A DNA stretch of 64,000 bases from Candidatus Tenderia sp. (lineage in GTDB: Bacteria; Pseudomonadota; Gammaproteobacteria; Tenderiales; Tenderiaceae). Numbering within the stretch: position 1 is the first letter of the stretch; each line of letters begins with the position of its first letter. A program made the position numbers and the translations under genes. The stretch lies in NCBI GenBank assembly GCA_031416075.1, contig JANOSY010000047.1, positions 1-64,000 of the forward strand. Reading direction: 5' to 3'. The notes under the pieces are model-generated. The model saw only the letters and a program-made list of their open reading frames with translations. It had not been told where the DNA came from and searched no databases. This document shows, in pieces, positions 1 through 13,335 of the stretch.

Positions 1-45
1 GGGAGCAAAACGGAGCTGGGCTGGAGTAGACTTCGTCATGGGCAT
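1..45 (-). CDS. IS1380-family transposase, N-terminal fragment (truncated by window edge)
   Basis: Manual translation of minus strand 45..1: MPMTKSTPAQLRFAP, open to the edge, ~95 nt inside the putative IR. Confidence 0.55.
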   Translation of the reverse strand, partial: MPMTKSTPAQLRFAP

Positions 46-138
46 GGGGGCTGCTTGTGTTTACGAGTTGTTGGTCTGGTAACCGCAACTCTATCAAACA
101 GTTGCAGACCTTCGTGCCCTTTTTATGAAAAATTCAGG
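1..138 (-). mobile_element. Left end of a probable IS1380-family insertion sequence (runs off the window)
   Basis: Minus strand begins CCTGAATTTTTCATAAAAAGG at 138, resembling IS1380-type terminal inverted repeats. An ATG at 45/39 opens MPMTKSTPAQLRFAP, resembling N-termini of IS1380 transposases. Only 15 codons and one end are visible. Confidence 0.6.
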
Positions 139-168
139 CTATAACGATGATATTAACGAGCACAGCCT

Positions 169-369
169 CTAAGTAGCATACATCAACAAATAGATGACGT
201 AGCTTTTAAAGGCAGGGAAGAGTGCCATCAGCAGTGAAATGGTAAATATCACCAGCGTAGTAACACCCACCGTCACAGCGATCAGCACCTTAAACGTCCG
301 CCAATACAACCATGCCCCCGATGTGATATTTATTGTCAGATTCACCCGCTTGACAAACATACGCAACAC
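169..369 (-). CDS. Small hypothetical membrane protein (66 aa)
   Basis: One long hydrophobic segment (VLIAVTVGVTTLVIFTISLLMALF); fills the gap between the purA terminator and the IS end; no family recognised. Confidence 0.3.
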   Translation of the reverse strand: MLRMFVKRVNLTINITSGAWLYWRTFKVLIAVTVGVTTLVIFTISLLMALFPAFKSYVIYLLMYAT

Positions 370-431
370 TTTTCAGGTAACAGTCAGCCGCCTCAGAATA
401 ACAAAGAGTGACAAGAAACTAAAATACTCAG

Positions 432-463
432 AAAGCTCCGGCCTGATGTAAGGCCGGGGCTTT
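432..463 (-). terminator. Hairpin / probable terminator after purA
   Basis: AAAGCTCCGGCCT-gatgta-AGGCCGGGGCTTT inverted repeat 3 nt after the purA stop; short U tail. Confidence 0.65.
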
Positions 464-466
464 GGG

Positions 467-1795
<1,329 letters not shown>

Positions 1796-1817
1796 CTAAG
1801 AAAACAGTTCGATATAT

Positions 1818-3014
1818 TTAATCTACCGCAACAACAGACCAGCCGTTATCAGTAGACTGTAAAATGCGGTCACACCCCATCTCCCGTGCACTACCCTGTT
1901 GCCCTGGCAATGCATGCACTACCCGCTCACCGGAGGCACGCAAAGTGGCAATCTGGGACTCCAGTACAGGATCATCATCTACAACAGCAAATATCCCTGT
2001 TGATACCTGTTGGCGCGGAGTAAGTTCTGCCAAAACCTTAAGATCAGAACTAAAACCGGTGGCTGGGCGAGCACGGCCAAATGACTCACCAATCGCATCA
2101 TAACGACCACCACGTGCAATCTCCTGCCCCTGTCCCGGGACAAAGGCCGCAAATACCACTCCGGTTTGATAACGATAACCACGTAACTCTGCCAAATCAA
2201 AATAGAGTGGCAGCTCACCGATAAAATACTCCGCACGAGCTGCAATTTGACACAGATTCTCCAGTGCGGATTGAACCGGCGCACTGGCAGAACTCAACAC
2301 TCTTTTAGCTTCAGTCAAGACAGAATGGTCCCCATTAAGCTCAATCAGTGCCAGCAAATGTTCTTTTGTACGGGCTACAACGTCCCATTCATTAAGATAG
2401 GCCTCTATCTCTGGCAACGCCTTACGCTGCATTGCATCAAACAGCTGCTCTTCCTGATCACTGCTAAGTTTAGCATCCTGAACCAGTCCACGATAAATCC
2501 CCACATGCCCCAAATCAACATGAAGATCATTAACACCACTGGTTTTTAGCATTTCAACCATCAACCGTAAAATCTCTACATCACTCTCTATACCTGCATG
2601 GCCATACAGCTCCGCGCCCACCTGAAGCGGTGAGCGTGAGCGACCAAATCCATTAGGTAATGTATGTAATACCGGGCCAATATAACAGAGTCTATTAGGT
2701 ACATCGCGCTTAAGCAGGTGTGCATCGATACGGGCCACCTGTGGTGTCATATCAGCCCGCAACCCCATTAAACGCCCAGTCATTTGGTCGATCAGTTTAA
2801 AAGTTTGCAAATCCAAATCATTGCCCGTCCCTACCAGCAACGACTCAAGATATTCAATTAGTGGTGGCATGACAAGGTCATAACCCCAGCTGTTAAACAG
2901 GTCCAGCAGCTCGCGCCGCAACTGCTCCAGATGCTGTGCCTGTTGCGGCAACAGCTCAACAATGCCTTCCGGCAATAACCAACGATCTTTTGTTTGTGCC
3001 ACTCGAATAACCAT
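1818..3014 (-). CDS. hisZ: ATP phosphoribosyltransferase regulatory subunit
   Basis: RWLLPEG, LRADMTPQVARID, QVGAELYG, GGRYD; HisRS-like; usual position upstream of purA. Confidence 0.96.
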   Translation of the reverse strand: MVIRVAQTKDRWLLPEGIVELLPQQAQHLEQLRRELLDLFNSWGYDLVMPPLIEYLESLLVGTGNDLDLQTFKLIDQMTGRLMGLRADMTPQVARIDAHLLKRDVPNRLCYIGPVLHTLPNGFGRSRSPLQVGAELYGHAGIESDVEILRLMVEMLKTSGVNDLHVDLGHVGIYRGLVQDAKLSSDQEEQLFDAMQRKALPEIEAYLNEWDVVARTKEHLLALIELNGDHSVLTEAKRVLSSASAPVQSALENLCQIAARAEYFIGELPLYFDLAELRGYRYQTGVVFAAFVPGQGQEIARGGRYDAIGESFGRARPATGFSSDLKVLAELTPRQQVSTGIFAVVDDDPVLESQIATLRASGERVVHALPGQQGSAREMGCDRILQSTDNGWSVVAVD

Positions 3015-3033
3015 TTGTATTGTTTGTAGTAAT

Positions 3034-3222
3034 TCAACTCACCAAGGATAGAAATACTACCCCGGCGATCATGCTGAGCAAGCCATAAAGCCGGAGTGAT
3101 CGATCATTCATCTGGCTCAAATGACCGTACACCCGTCGCAACCCCTTCGGAGTCAAAAAAGGTAGCATACCTTCAAGTACCATCACCAAGGCCAAAGCGA
3201 CCCATAAATCTTGCCAAGTCAT
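3034..3222 (-). CDS. yjeT: DUF2065 / YjeT-family small membrane protein
   Basis: ALALVMVLEGMLPFLTP..LRLYGL pattern; conserved position after hflC; start 3222 (3231 possible). Confidence 0.88.
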   Translation of the reverse strand: MTWQDLWVALALVMVLEGMLPFLTPKGLRRVYGHLSQMNDRSLRLYGLLSMIAGVVFLSLVS

Positions 3223-3232
3223 AATTGCCATC

Positions 3233-3269
3233 AAAAAAAGCGGGCATGACACTGTGTGTTATGCCCGCT
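3233..3269 (-). terminator. Intrinsic terminator after hflC
   Basis: Minus strand AGCGGGCATAACAC-aca-GTGTCATGCCCGC followed by T7. Confidence 0.75.
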
Positions 3270-3329
3270 AGTGCTGTTATTTTACCTGTTTATTCACCCA
3301 AATGGGGATCCAATCGCAAATCTACCCTA

Positions 3330-4205
3330 CTAATTTGCACCTTTCTGGTTATTAAAATAACGGAAGAAATCAGCATCTGGCTTGATCACCATAATATCTT
3401 CCTTGCTGTTAAAGGAGCTACGATAGGCCATTAAGCTACGATAAAAAGCGTAAAATTCACGATCCTTACTATAGGCTTGGGCATATATTTCCGACGCCTT
3501 GGCATCTCCCTGCCCACGCAGCAATTCAGCTTCACGGTACGCTTCAGCAATGATCACTGTGCGCTGTTTATCAGCATCGGCGCGGATACGCTCTGCCTGT
3601 TCAGCCCCCTTGGAGCGAAAATCCTTTGCCACACGGGTACGCTCCGCCTCCATTCGGCGATAAACAGCGTCACTGACTTCACCCTTAAGATCGATGCGCA
3701 TAATGCGAACATCAATCACTTCAACACCAAACTCTTTGGATTTTTTATCCGCCGTAACCGTGGCAATATTCATGATCTCAGCACGCTCACCAGAAATAAC
3801 ATCCTGAATGGTGCGACGAGCAAACTCCTCACGCAACGCATCTTTAATGATCTGAGACAAACGCACATTGGCCATCCGCTCATCTCCACCCAACGCGGTG
3901 AAATAAGTAGAGACATTATCAATGCGCCATTTAACAAAAGAGTCTACCACCACGTTCTTTTTCTCAACCGTGAGAAAAGTCTCAGGCTCAGCATCCATGG
4001 TCAAGATACGCCCGTCAAATTTACGTACATTATTGATAAAAGGGATTTTAAAGTGCAAACCAGGCGCAAAATCGGTACTTTCAATTTTACCCAATCGCAA
4101 CAGAATCGCTTTTTCACGTTCATCCACAGTGAATATCGATAACAATCCAATCACCAGCACAGCACCCAACAGAATAACTATGCCCAAACTCTTATTCTGA
4201 TTCAT
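3330..4205 (-). CDS. hflC: FtsH protease modulator HflC
   Basis: N-terminal TM, SPFH domain (PGLHFKIPF, VYRRMEAER, FYAFYRSL); directly follows hflK. Confidence 0.97.
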   Translation of the reverse strand: MNQNKSLGIVILLGAVLVIGLLSIFTVDEREKAILLRLGKIESTDFAPGLHFKIPFINNVRKFDGRILTMDAEPETFLTVEKKNVVVDSFVKWRIDNVSTYFTALGGDERMANVRLSQIIKDALREEFARRTIQDVISGERAEIMNIATVTADKKSKEFGVEVIDVRIMRIDLKGEVSDAVYRRMEAERTRVAKDFRSKGAEQAERIRADADKQRTVIIAEAYREAELLRGQGDAKASEIYAQAYSKDREFYAFYRSLMAYRSSFNSKEDIMVIKPDADFFRYFNNQKGAN

Positions 4206-5446
4206 TAGCGCACCTCCCTGCCACGCAAAGACTCTTGCCCCTGCTGCATAAACTGCTCAGCAGACTTTATAGCCGAACTGGACTGACTCTCTGGCGATTG
4301 GAATTTCTGTGCTGCACCAGTCGTTGCATTTGTAGCAGGGTTACCACTCCCCATCATTCTATCCAATGGCAGGTAAATCATATTATTACCACCTTTGACA
4401 TCTACCACCACTTTAGAAGTGCTGCTTAGCACCTGTTCCATTGCCTCAATGTAAAGACGCTGGCGTGTCACTTCAGGCGCTTTTTTATACTCGACCAGAA
4501 TACTTTCAAAACGTTTGGCTTCACCCTCTGCCTGGGCAACCACCTGCTCTTTATAAGCACTCGCCTCTTCCACCTGACGAGCAGCACCGCCTCTTGCTCT
4601 TGGCAGAACATCGTTGGAGTATGCTTCAGCCTCATTAATAACCCGCTGCTGATCTTCACGCGCCTTAACAGCATCATCAAAAGCATGCTGTACTTCTGTT
4701 GGAGGCTGGGCATCCTGCATATTGACACTCAGTATCATCAAGCCGGAACCATAACTATCCAAGGTTTTCTGAACGAGAATTTTAACTCTGTCAACAATAT
4801 CACTACGGCCCTCTTTGAGCACAAAATCCATATCGCTCTTACCAACAATTTCGCGAATGGCACTTTCGGTAGCCTCCCGCAGCGCCAAATCAGGATCCTT
4901 TACCTTAAAGACATAGTCCGATGCTGACTTGATGTTGTACTGAATAGCAAACCTCACATCGACTATGTTTTCATCACGTGTCAACATCATCGACTCAACC
5001 AGAACAGGACTACTCTTAGCTGAACGGTCACCAGCACTAGTACGATAGCCGATCAGAACATCTCGGTTCTGGGCCACATTAACGCTGACAACTTTCTCCA
5101 ATGGGCGTGGCAAACGAAAATTTAATCCTGGCTGCATGGTATCTACATACTTGCCAAAACGAATAACAACACCTCGCTCTGCAGGCTGAATAATATGAAT
5201 CATGTCATAAACAAGCCAAATACCAACAATAAGTGCTGCGGCAATACCCATACCACCTGCACCGCTGCCTCCCCCACGAATGGGCGTGGCACCGCCCGTG
5301 CCCTTGGTGCCCTTGCCACCAAACACGCCGTTAAGCTTTTGCTTTATTTTATTGACAATCTCGTCCAGATCAGGAGGGCCTTGATCTTTCCCACGATTAC
5401 CCCAAGGATCTTTATCTTTCGATCCTCCCGGCTCATTCCAGGCCAT
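4205..5446 (-). CDS. hflK: FtsH protease modulator HflK
   Basis: MAWNEPGG..DPWG..QGPPDLDE N-terminus; SPFH domain; APEVTRQRLY; RBS before ATG 5446. Confidence 0.97.
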   Translation of the reverse strand: MAWNEPGGSKDKDPWGNRGKDQGPPDLDEIVNKIKQKLNGVFGGKGTKGTGGATPIRGGGSGAGGMGIAAALIVGIWLVYDMIHIIQPAERGVVIRFGKYVDTMQPGLNFRLPRPLEKVVSVNVAQNRDVLIGYRTSAGDRSAKSSPVLVESMMLTRDENIVDVRFAIQYNIKSASDYVFKVKDPDLALREATESAIREIVGKSDMDFVLKEGRSDIVDRVKILVQKTLDSYGSGLMILSVNMQDAQPPTEVQHAFDDAVKAREDQQRVINEAEAYSNDVLPRARGGAARQVEEASAYKEQVVAQAEGEAKRFESILVEYKKAPEVTRQRLYIEAMEQVLSSTSKVVVDVKGGNNMIYLPLDRMMGSGNPATNATTGAAQKFQSPESQSSSAIKSAEQFMQQGQESLRGREVR

Positions 5447-5551
5447 ACTCATCTCCAAATCATTGTATTAAATCAATAGTTCTGGTCTTACATCACCAAA
5501 ACCGGGAATTCCAAAAAAACACTCGCCGCATAAAACATGCCGTGCTAAGTA

Positions 5552-6904
5552 TTATGTAATAACATCAATCGTGTGTTCATTCAAACAGCGACACCCCTCT
5601 TGGCGACAGTATGCCTCTTTCTGCCTTGGCCAAAGAGAAACATCAAGCAACCACTCACCTTGTTCGGTATGGGTCTCGCTATCGATCAGACCTGCTGTAA
5701 ACAGCTCCGTCCGTAACCGCCCCGCCATAGGAGCTAACAATAACTGATATCGCTGTTTAGTTGCCACTTCCTTCCAGGTCACATCATCATGCCGGTGTTT
5801 TGCATCCTGCCACTGCAGATATTCAGTCACCACCTGACGCAACTGTTCCAAACCAGCGCCAGTCACGGCCGAAACCCAAACACGCAACGGACGCCCATCA
5901 TCGTCACGGTCAATATGCGCCTCTGCCGACTCCATGAGATCAATTTTATTATATACCTCAATCTGCGGCACAGACTCAGCACCAACCTCTTTCAAAACCG
6001 AATTAACCTCAACAATACGATCCTGCCGCCCTTCCGTATATGCGTCTATCACATGTAAGAGGAGGTTAGCATCTTGCGTCTCTTCCAATGTTGAACGAAA
6101 CGCTGCAACCAGATTGTGTGGCAGATGGCGAATGAACCCGACCGTATCAATCAACACTGTGTCGTGCTCAGTTTTTAAATTGAATTTACGCAACGTTGGA
6201 TCAAGGGTTGCAAATAGCTGATCCGCCACATAAGCCTCTGCCGCTGTCATAATATTAAACAGTGTCGACTTCCCGGCGTTTGTATATCCCACCAATGAGA
6301 CCCTCTGCACCTGTGACTTGCGACGAGAACGCCGACGCTCCTCACGTTGCTGTGACACCTTTTCCAACCGCTTATTTAGCTGTTTAATACGCTGAGCAAT
6401 TAAGCGGCGGTCGGTCTCAAGCTGGGTTTCACCCGGACCACGCAACCCAATCCCGCCGCCCTGTCGTTCCAAATGGGTCCAGCCTCGTACCAAACGGGTC
6501 GACAGGTGGCGCAATTGCGCCAACTCAACTTGTAGCTTACCCTCAAAAGTGTGTGCTCTCTGGGCAAAAATATCGAGAATCAGCCCCGTACGGTCCAGCA
6601 CTCGACAACAGAGCAATCTTTCAAGGTTTCGCTCCTGTGAGGGTGAGAGTGCATGGTTAAAAATCACCAGTTCAGATTCAGTATCCACGACCGCCTGACG
6701 AATCTCTTCCGCCTTCCCCATACCCACAAAGTATTTGGAATCTGGCCCCCGGCGACTCCCTTGCACCACCACCACGGGGTCCGCCCCCGCTGAAACCGCC
6801 AACTCTTTTAACTCATCAAGATCTTCCCGCGCACCTTGATCATGAAAGTTAACATGGACCAGTACCGTACGCTCACCCACTTGCGGGCGTTCAAAAAATT
6901 CCAC
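5552..6904 (-). CDS. hflX: Ribosome-splitting GTPase HflX
   Basis: GPGETQLETDRR, GYTNAGKST, LFATLDPT, DTVGFI, NKID. Confidence 0.98.
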   Translation of the reverse strand: MEFFERPQVGERTVLVHVNFHDQGAREDLDELKELAVSAGADPVVVVQGSRRGPDSKYFVGMGKAEEIRQAVVDTESELVIFNHALSPSQERNLERLLCCRVLDRTGLILDIFAQRAHTFEGKLQVELAQLRHLSTRLVRGWTHLERQGGGIGLRGPGETQLETDRRLIAQRIKQLNKRLEKVSQQREERRRSRRKSQVQRVSLVGYTNAGKSTLFNIMTAAEAYVADQLFATLDPTLRKFNLKTEHDTVLIDTVGFIRHLPHNLVAAFRSTLEETQDANLLLHVIDAYTEGRQDRIVEVNSVLKEVGAESVPQIEVYNKIDLMESAEAHIDRDDDGRPLRVWVSAVTGAGLEQLRQVVTEYLQWQDAKHRHDDVTWKEVATKQRYQLLLAPMAGRLRTELFTAGLIDSETHTEQGEWLLDVSLWPRQKEAYCRQEGCRCLNEHTIDVIT

Positions 6905-6931
6905 TTAAATTAATACCAGCTGCTAACTATT

Positions 6932-7177
6932 CTATTCAACACTATCGTCATCATCAGTGCCCATGTTCAGCTTTACATTACGTGCTGGCACAATAGTCGA
7001 TATCGCATGTTTGTATACCATCTGACTAACGCTGTTTTTAAGCAACACTACAAATTGATCAAACGACTCAACCTGCCCTTGCAGCTTAATACCATTCACC
7101 AAGTAAATCGCCACAGGGACCTTCTCCTTACGCAGAGCGTTCAAAAAAGGGTCTTGTAAACTTTGCCCTTTGCTCAT
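6932..7177 (-). CDS. hfq: RNA chaperone Hfq
   Basis: [28 protein letters not shown]. Confidence 0.99.
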   Translation of the reverse strand: MSKGQSLQDPFLNALRKEKVPVAIYLVNGIKLQGQVESFDQFVVLLKNSVSQMVYKHAISTIVPARNVKLNMGTDDDDSVE

Positions 7178-7284
7178 TATATAACTCTCCTTTTGTTATA
7201 TTCTTGTCCACACTAGCAAGAACCATAGTCGCACTATCCAAACGCGCCTGCACTACAACCGCTGAAGTCTAGCACAACAATGGC

Positions 7285-8256
7285 TTATACACTCAACTCC
7301 AGCTCAGACCGCAGATATTTCAATGTGTCATCAAAAAGCGTGGGGGATTCACCATCCAGCCAGACGGCCCCCACTTCTGAACGCAGCCAAGTTAACTGCC
7401 GCTTGGCAAACTGGCGGGTTGCCGCAACCCCTTTACTGACCATATCATCGTAGCCATAGTTCCCGTCCAGATACCCCCACGCCTGCCGATAACCGACCGC
7501 GCGCATAGACGGCATAGATAAATCAAGCCCTTCCAGCTCCCGCAAACGGGTGACCTCTTCAATAAACCCCTGCCTCAACATGGCATCAAAACGGAGCTCT
7601 ATCCGTCGGTGCAATGTTGCGCGCTCAGTGGGCGCCACAATGAGCTTAGCCAGCGCATAGGGCAGCTTCTGTCGCCGCTCCCCTTCACAGAGCTGACTCA
7701 TGCTCACCCCTGCCAACTCGTACACCTCAAGCGCTCGTTGGATTCGCTGACGATCATTGGGATTGATTCTGGCCGCTGCCAAGGGATCAACCCCCATTAA
7801 ACGTCGATGCAACGCCGATAGGCCGGTATCTTCAAACTCAGCGTCCAGTCGAGCCCGCACCACCGGATCTGTAGCGGGCAGCTCGGACAGACCATATTCA
7901 AGCGCTCGATAGTAGAGCATAGTCCCTCCCACCAATAGTGGGATACGCCCCGCCGCTGTGATTTCGGCCATAGCCAGCAACGCATCGTCACAAAAACTGG
8001 CAGCTGAATAAGACTCTGTAGGATTGATAATATCGATAAGGCGATGCGGGGCGTGCGCCAACAGCTCTTGTGATGGTTTGGCGGTACCTATGTCCATCCC
8101 CTTATATACCAGTGCCGAATCCACACTAATGAGTTCACATGGCAGGGTATCAAAGAGTCGCAACGCCAGATCAGTTTTGCCCGCAGCCGTCGGTCCCATC
8201 AGAAAAATAGCGGGTGGCTTGGACAGCACGTCACCACGACTCAAAGAGAGGGTCAT
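7285..8256 (-). CDS. miaA: tRNA dimethylallyltransferase
   Basis: [44 protein letters not shown]. Confidence 0.98.
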   Translation of the reverse strand: MTLSLSRGDVLSKPPAIFLMGPTAAGKTDLALRLFDTLPCELISVDSALVYKGMDIGTAKPSQELLAHAPHRLIDIINPTESYSAASFCDDALLAMAEITAAGRIPLLVGGTMLYYRALEYGLSELPATDPVVRARLDAEFEDTGLSALHRRLMGVDPLAAARINPNDRQRIQRALEVYELAGVSMSQLCEGERRQKLPYALAKLIVAPTERATLHRRIELRFDAMLRQGFIEEVTRLRELEGLDLSMPSMRAVGYRQAWGYLDGNYGYDDMVSKGVAATRQFAKRQLTWLRSEVGAVWLDGESPTLFDDTLKYLRSELELSV

Positions 8257-8413
8257 ATCTGAACACCTAGAATAAACTGGCCCCCACTTTAACCCAACAT
8301 ACCACTAAACAGCAGCGCCCTTTGCGCGGCGATTGAATTTAGGGCAGAATACGGCCCCTGATACAGGCACGGGTTTAAACCCTTACAAACCTCACTGGAG
8401 AAGCATCCCCGTT

Positions 8414-8632
8414 ATGGCAAAAGAAGACGCTATTGAGATGGAGGGCACCGTTATTGACACGCTGCCTAACACTATGTTCCGCGTAGAACTAGAAAATGGC
8501 CACGTTGTCACCGCCCATATCTCAGGGAAAATGCGTAAAAACTACATCCGCATCCTAACTGGCGACAAGGTCACCGTACAGTTAACCCCCTACGATCTAA
8601 GCAAAGGTCGCATCACCTACCGTGCCCGTTAA
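8414..8632 (+). CDS. infA: Translation initiation factor IF-1
   Basis: [34 protein letters not shown]; 72 aa from ATG 8414. Confidence 0.99.
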   Translation: MAKEDAIEMEGTVIDTLPNTMFRVELENGHVVTAHISGKMRKNYIRILTGDKVTVQLTPYDLSKGRITYRAR

Positions 8633-10906
8633 TTAATCAACTGACTCCGCCTGACGCGCCTCTTCCTCGATATCGAAGCTCAGTTCGCCACCGTTTACAC
8701 CGATACGGACAAACCCGCCTGAGGCCAGGCGGCCAAACAGCAGCTCCTCAGCAAGCGGTTTTTTAATGCTATCTTTAATCAATCGCGCCATCGGCCTGGC
8801 CCCCATAGCAGGGTCGTAACCACGCTCACCCAGCCACTCACGTGCCGCCATGGTGATCTCCAAGGTGACGTGTTTATCATGCAACTGAGCCTCCAGCTCA
8901 ATAATAAATTTATCAACCACGTGCCCCATAGTCTTGCGATCCAGTGCTTTAAACTCAATGACCGCATCCAGCCTGTTACGAAACTCTGGGGTAAAGGTCC
9001 GTTTAATCGCTTCCATGCCATCACGGGCGTTATCCTGTTGGGTAAAACCAATCGAGGTTCGACTGATCTGCTCAGCGCCCGCATTTGTTGTCATTACTAT
9101 AATTACATTGCGGAAATCGGCCTCCCTACCATTGTTGTCAGTCAACGTACCGTGGTCCATCACCTGTAGCAACAGGTTGAACACGTCAGGATGGGCCTTC
9201 TCAATCTCATCCAGCAACAACACCGCATGAGGTGTCTTATTCACCGCATCAGTGAGCAAACCGCCCTGGTCAAACCCTACGTATCCGGGTGGCGCACCTA
9301 TAAGCCGTGACGCGGCGTGTCTTTCCATGTATTCAGACATATCAAAACGGATCAAATCGATCCCCATCACTTTGGCCAGCTGACGTGTCACCTCGGTTTT
9401 GCCCACCCCCGTTGGCCCCGCGAACAGGAAAGAGCCAATGGGTTTTTCATCATGACCAAGCCCTGAACGGGCCAATTTGATTGCTGTTGCCAATGAGTTA
9501 ATCGCTGGATCCTGGCCAAAGACGACCATCTTCAGATCCCGTTCCAACGTTTTAAGTCTTTCGCGATCCGTGCTGCCAATATGTTTGGGGGGGATGCGCG
9601 CTATCTTGGCAACAATACCCTCGACATCACGAACCCCAATAGTTTTTTTACGCTTTGACGGGGGTGCCATACGTTGTTGTGCCCCGGCCTCATCGATAAC
9701 ATCAATCGCCTTATCCGGCAGATGGCGGTCCGTAATATAACGCGCAGACAACTCAGCCGCTGCCTTAATAGCTTGGCGGGTATATTTAACCTGGTGATGC
9801 TCTTCAAAGCGGGATTTCAAGCCGTGCAGGATCTGAATAGTTTCGTTAACGGTTGGTTCTGGCACATCTATTTTCTGGAAGCGGCGCGCCAAGGCGCGGT
9901 CTTTTTCGAAAATGCCACGATACTCCTGGTAGGTTGTTGAACCGATACATTTCAATTCACCTGACGCCAGCGCCGGCTTCAGGAGATTAGAGGCATCCAT
10001 CACGCCGCCAGACGCAGCTCCCGCGCCGATAATAGTGTGTATCTCATCGATAAAAAGGACATTGCCGGGATGTTTGAGCATTTGTGCCAATACTGCTTTC
10101 AACCGCTTTTCAAAATCGCCACGGTATTTAGTGCCAGCCAACAACGCGCCCATATCCAGTGAATAGACTGTGCTCTGTGCCAACACTTCGGGCACCTCAC
10201 CATCCACAATACGTTTGGCCAGCCCTTCAGCCAGGGCAGTCTTGCCGACCCCCGCTTCACCCACAAACAGGGGATTATTTTTACGACGACGGCATAGTAT
10301 TTGAACCGTACGTTCGACCTCCTCATGCCGCCCGATCAGTGGATCAATTTTGCCCTGCTTGGCACGCTGATTAAGATTGACCGCAAAACTTTCGAGCGGT
10401 GATTTGGCCGCGGAGTCAGAGCCGCCCTCCTCATCCTCGGAACGACCAAAGTCTTCACTCTCTTCATCCCCGGCCACTTTGGAGATGCCGTGTGAAAGAT
10501 AATTCACCACATCAAGACGGGTAATGTTTTGTCCATTCAAGAGATAAACTGCCTGCGAATCAGGCTCACCAAAAATAGCAACCAACACATTGGCACCGGT
10601 CACCTCCTCACGTCCAGAACTCTGAACATGAAACACAGCGCGCTGCAAGACCCGCTGAAAGCCAAGCGTAGGCTGAGTCTCGCGACCATCTTCGTTCGAA
10701 ATGACAGGGGTGGTCTCATCAAGAAACGCGAGCAGCTCACGTTTTAAGTGAGGAAGATCTGCACCGCAGGCTCGCAACACACTAGCGGCAGCCAGATTAT
10801 CCAGCAGCGCCAACAAAAGATGCTCAACCGTCATGAACTCGTGATGTTTATCACTCGCCTCACGAAACGCCGTGTTCAGCGTAAATTCCAATTCCTTGTT
10901 CAACAT
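8633..10906 (-). CDS. clpA: ATP-dependent Clp protease ATP-binding subunit ClpA
   Basis: Clp-N domain, two AAA+ modules ([16 protein letters not shown]); AGGAGG RBS before ATG 10906; downstream of clpS. Confidence 0.98.
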   Translation of the reverse strand: MLNKELEFTLNTAFREASDKHHEFMTVEHLLLALLDNLAAASVLRACGADLPHLKRELLAFLDETTPVISNEDGRETQPTLGFQRVLQRAVFHVQSSGREEVTGANVLVAIFGEPDSQAVYLLNGQNITRLDVVNYLSHGISKVAGDEESEDFGRSEDEEGGSDSAAKSPLESFAVNLNQRAKQGKIDPLIGRHEEVERTVQILCRRRKNNPLFVGEAGVGKTALAEGLAKRIVDGEVPEVLAQSTVYSLDMGALLAGTKYRGDFEKRLKAVLAQMLKHPGNVLFIDEIHTIIGAGAASGGVMDASNLLKPALASGELKCIGSTTYQEYRGIFEKDRALARRFQKIDVPEPTVNETIQILHGLKSRFEEHHQVKYTRQAIKAAAELSARYITDRHLPDKAIDVIDEAGAQQRMAPPSKRKKTIGVRDVEGIVAKIARIPPKHIGSTDRERLKTLERDLKMVVFGQDPAINSLATAIKLARSGLGHDEKPIGSFLFAGPTGVGKTEVTRQLAKVMGIDLIRFDMSEYMERHAASRLIGAPPGYVGFDQGGLLTDAVNKTPHAVLLLDEIEKAHPDVFNLLLQVMDHGTLTDNNGREADFRNVIIVMTTNAGAEQISRTSIGFTQQDNARDGMEAIKRTFTPEFRNRLDAVIEFKALDRKTMGHVVDKFIIELEAQLHDKHVTLEITMAAREWLGERGYDPAMGARPMARLIKDSIKKPLAEELLFGRLASGGFVRIGVNGGELSFDIEEEARQAESVD

Positions 10907-10951
10907 GACAAGCACCTCCTACGTTGCCTGGTACAGCACAAGCCTACAATG

Positions 10952-11272
10952 TCAGACCTCTTCCATCGTGCTTTTCAGCGGATGCTGATTTTCGTATGCA
11001 AAATCATTCACCTGCGCCACCTTTGTTTCTGCCACATCTTGCGAAAAGACTCCACACACACCTACACCTTCCGTATGGACTTGAAGCATGACTTGTGTAG
11101 CCTTCTCGCGCCCCATGCCGAAAAACTTCTCCAGCACATGAATCACAAACTCCATAGGGGTATAATCGTCGTTTAGCAGCAAAACTTTATATAAAGGGGG
11201 ACGTTTCAGCTGAGGCCGCGCCTCCTGAATCGCCAAGTCATCCTTCACGTCATGATCTATTTTTTTTGTCAT
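10952..11272 (-). CDS. clpS: N-end rule adaptor ClpS
   Basis: [27 protein letters not shown]; 106 aa from ATG 11272. Confidence 0.97.
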   Translation of the reverse strand: MTKKIDHDVKDDLAIQEARPQLKRPPLYKVLLLNDDYTPMEFVIHVLEKFFGMGREKATQVMLQVHTEGVGVCGVFSQDVAETKVAQVNDFAYENQHPLKSTMEEV

Positions 11273-11533
11273 AGCAGGGACGATTATAACCAAATAGGCT
11301 CTACATGACAGCGCCTTTACCCAATAAAAATAACAAACACTTTCGATCAACTGTGTTATCTAAGCTGTTAAAAAACCATAACTTTTCTTAAACTCTCCAA
11401 GAAAAGCAAGAGTCAATTGAGCACAGGCGCTTTTACAAGGCACAGCACCAAGGTTAGACTTTACTAATAAACCCTTAACCATACAAACATGGCCCACCGA
11501 CAGCAATAGACAATCCTTAATGTTTTCAATCTA

Positions 11534-11562
11534 TTGACATATGACCTTTTTTGATCAACATT
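11534..11562 (+). promoter_or_regulatory. Possible sigma70 promoter for cspD
   Basis: Perfect TTGACA at 11534-11539; only a weak -10 (CAACAT/AACATT) at 16-17 nt spacing. Confidence 0.35.
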
Positions 11563-11661
11563 AATCATCGAGTGGGGGGGGTAAATGCAGTTGTGGTCAA
11601 TCCTCTACAGCGGGCCGGAGTTTCCGGCATGATTTTTGTTTTAGCCGCGGGGAAAGTAAGC

Positions 11662-11925
11662 ATGGCAAAAGGCATCGTTAAGTGGTTCAGTAATGCAAAA
11701 GGGTATGGATTCATAGCGCCTGAAGAGGGGGGTGACGATATATTTGCACACTTCTCGGCAATCGACATGGATGGCTACAAATCTCTTCGACAGGGCCAAA
11801 AGGTCCTTTACGAGGTATCTCAGGGTCCAAAAGGGCTGCTTGCAGCCTCCATCAATCTGGATGGTAGCGATACAACCGCTGATGGTACCGCCTCAGGAGG
11901 TTCTGACTCAGACTCCAGCATGTAG
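11662..11925 (+). CDS. cspD: Cold-shock domain protein CspD-like
   Basis: GIVKWFSNAKGYGFI, DIFAHFSAIDMDGYKSL; divergent from clpS as is typical; acidic/Ser tail. Confidence 0.9.
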   Translation: MAKGIVKWFSNAKGYGFIAPEEGGDDIFAHFSAIDMDGYKSLRQGQKVLYEVSQGPKGLLAASINLDGSDTTADGTASGGSDSDSSM

Positions 11926-11932
11926 ATAACAG

Positions 11933-11980
11933 AAGCCCCCGGCGCACATAAAACCTATAACAGTGGCCGGGGGCTTTTTT
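11933..11980 (+). terminator. Terminator between convergent cspD and icd
   Basis: AAGCCCCCGGC...GCCGGGGGCTTTTTT. Confidence 0.75.
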
Positions 11981-12005
11981 CGTTTCAGACTATTGCAATA
12001 GCCTT

Positions 12006-13262
<1,257 letters not shown>

Positions 13263-13335
13263 GGAGTATTCCTGTGTTTAAAAAGGTAGGATGCTATTCT
13301 ACCACTACCGCCATTTAAGCGCTAAGCAGCTGTTT

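Noticed and set aside
3477-4142. 221-aa plus-strand ORF (likewise 20431-21141 and 16577-17218)
   Set aside because: Antisense shadows of hflC, mutL and purB.
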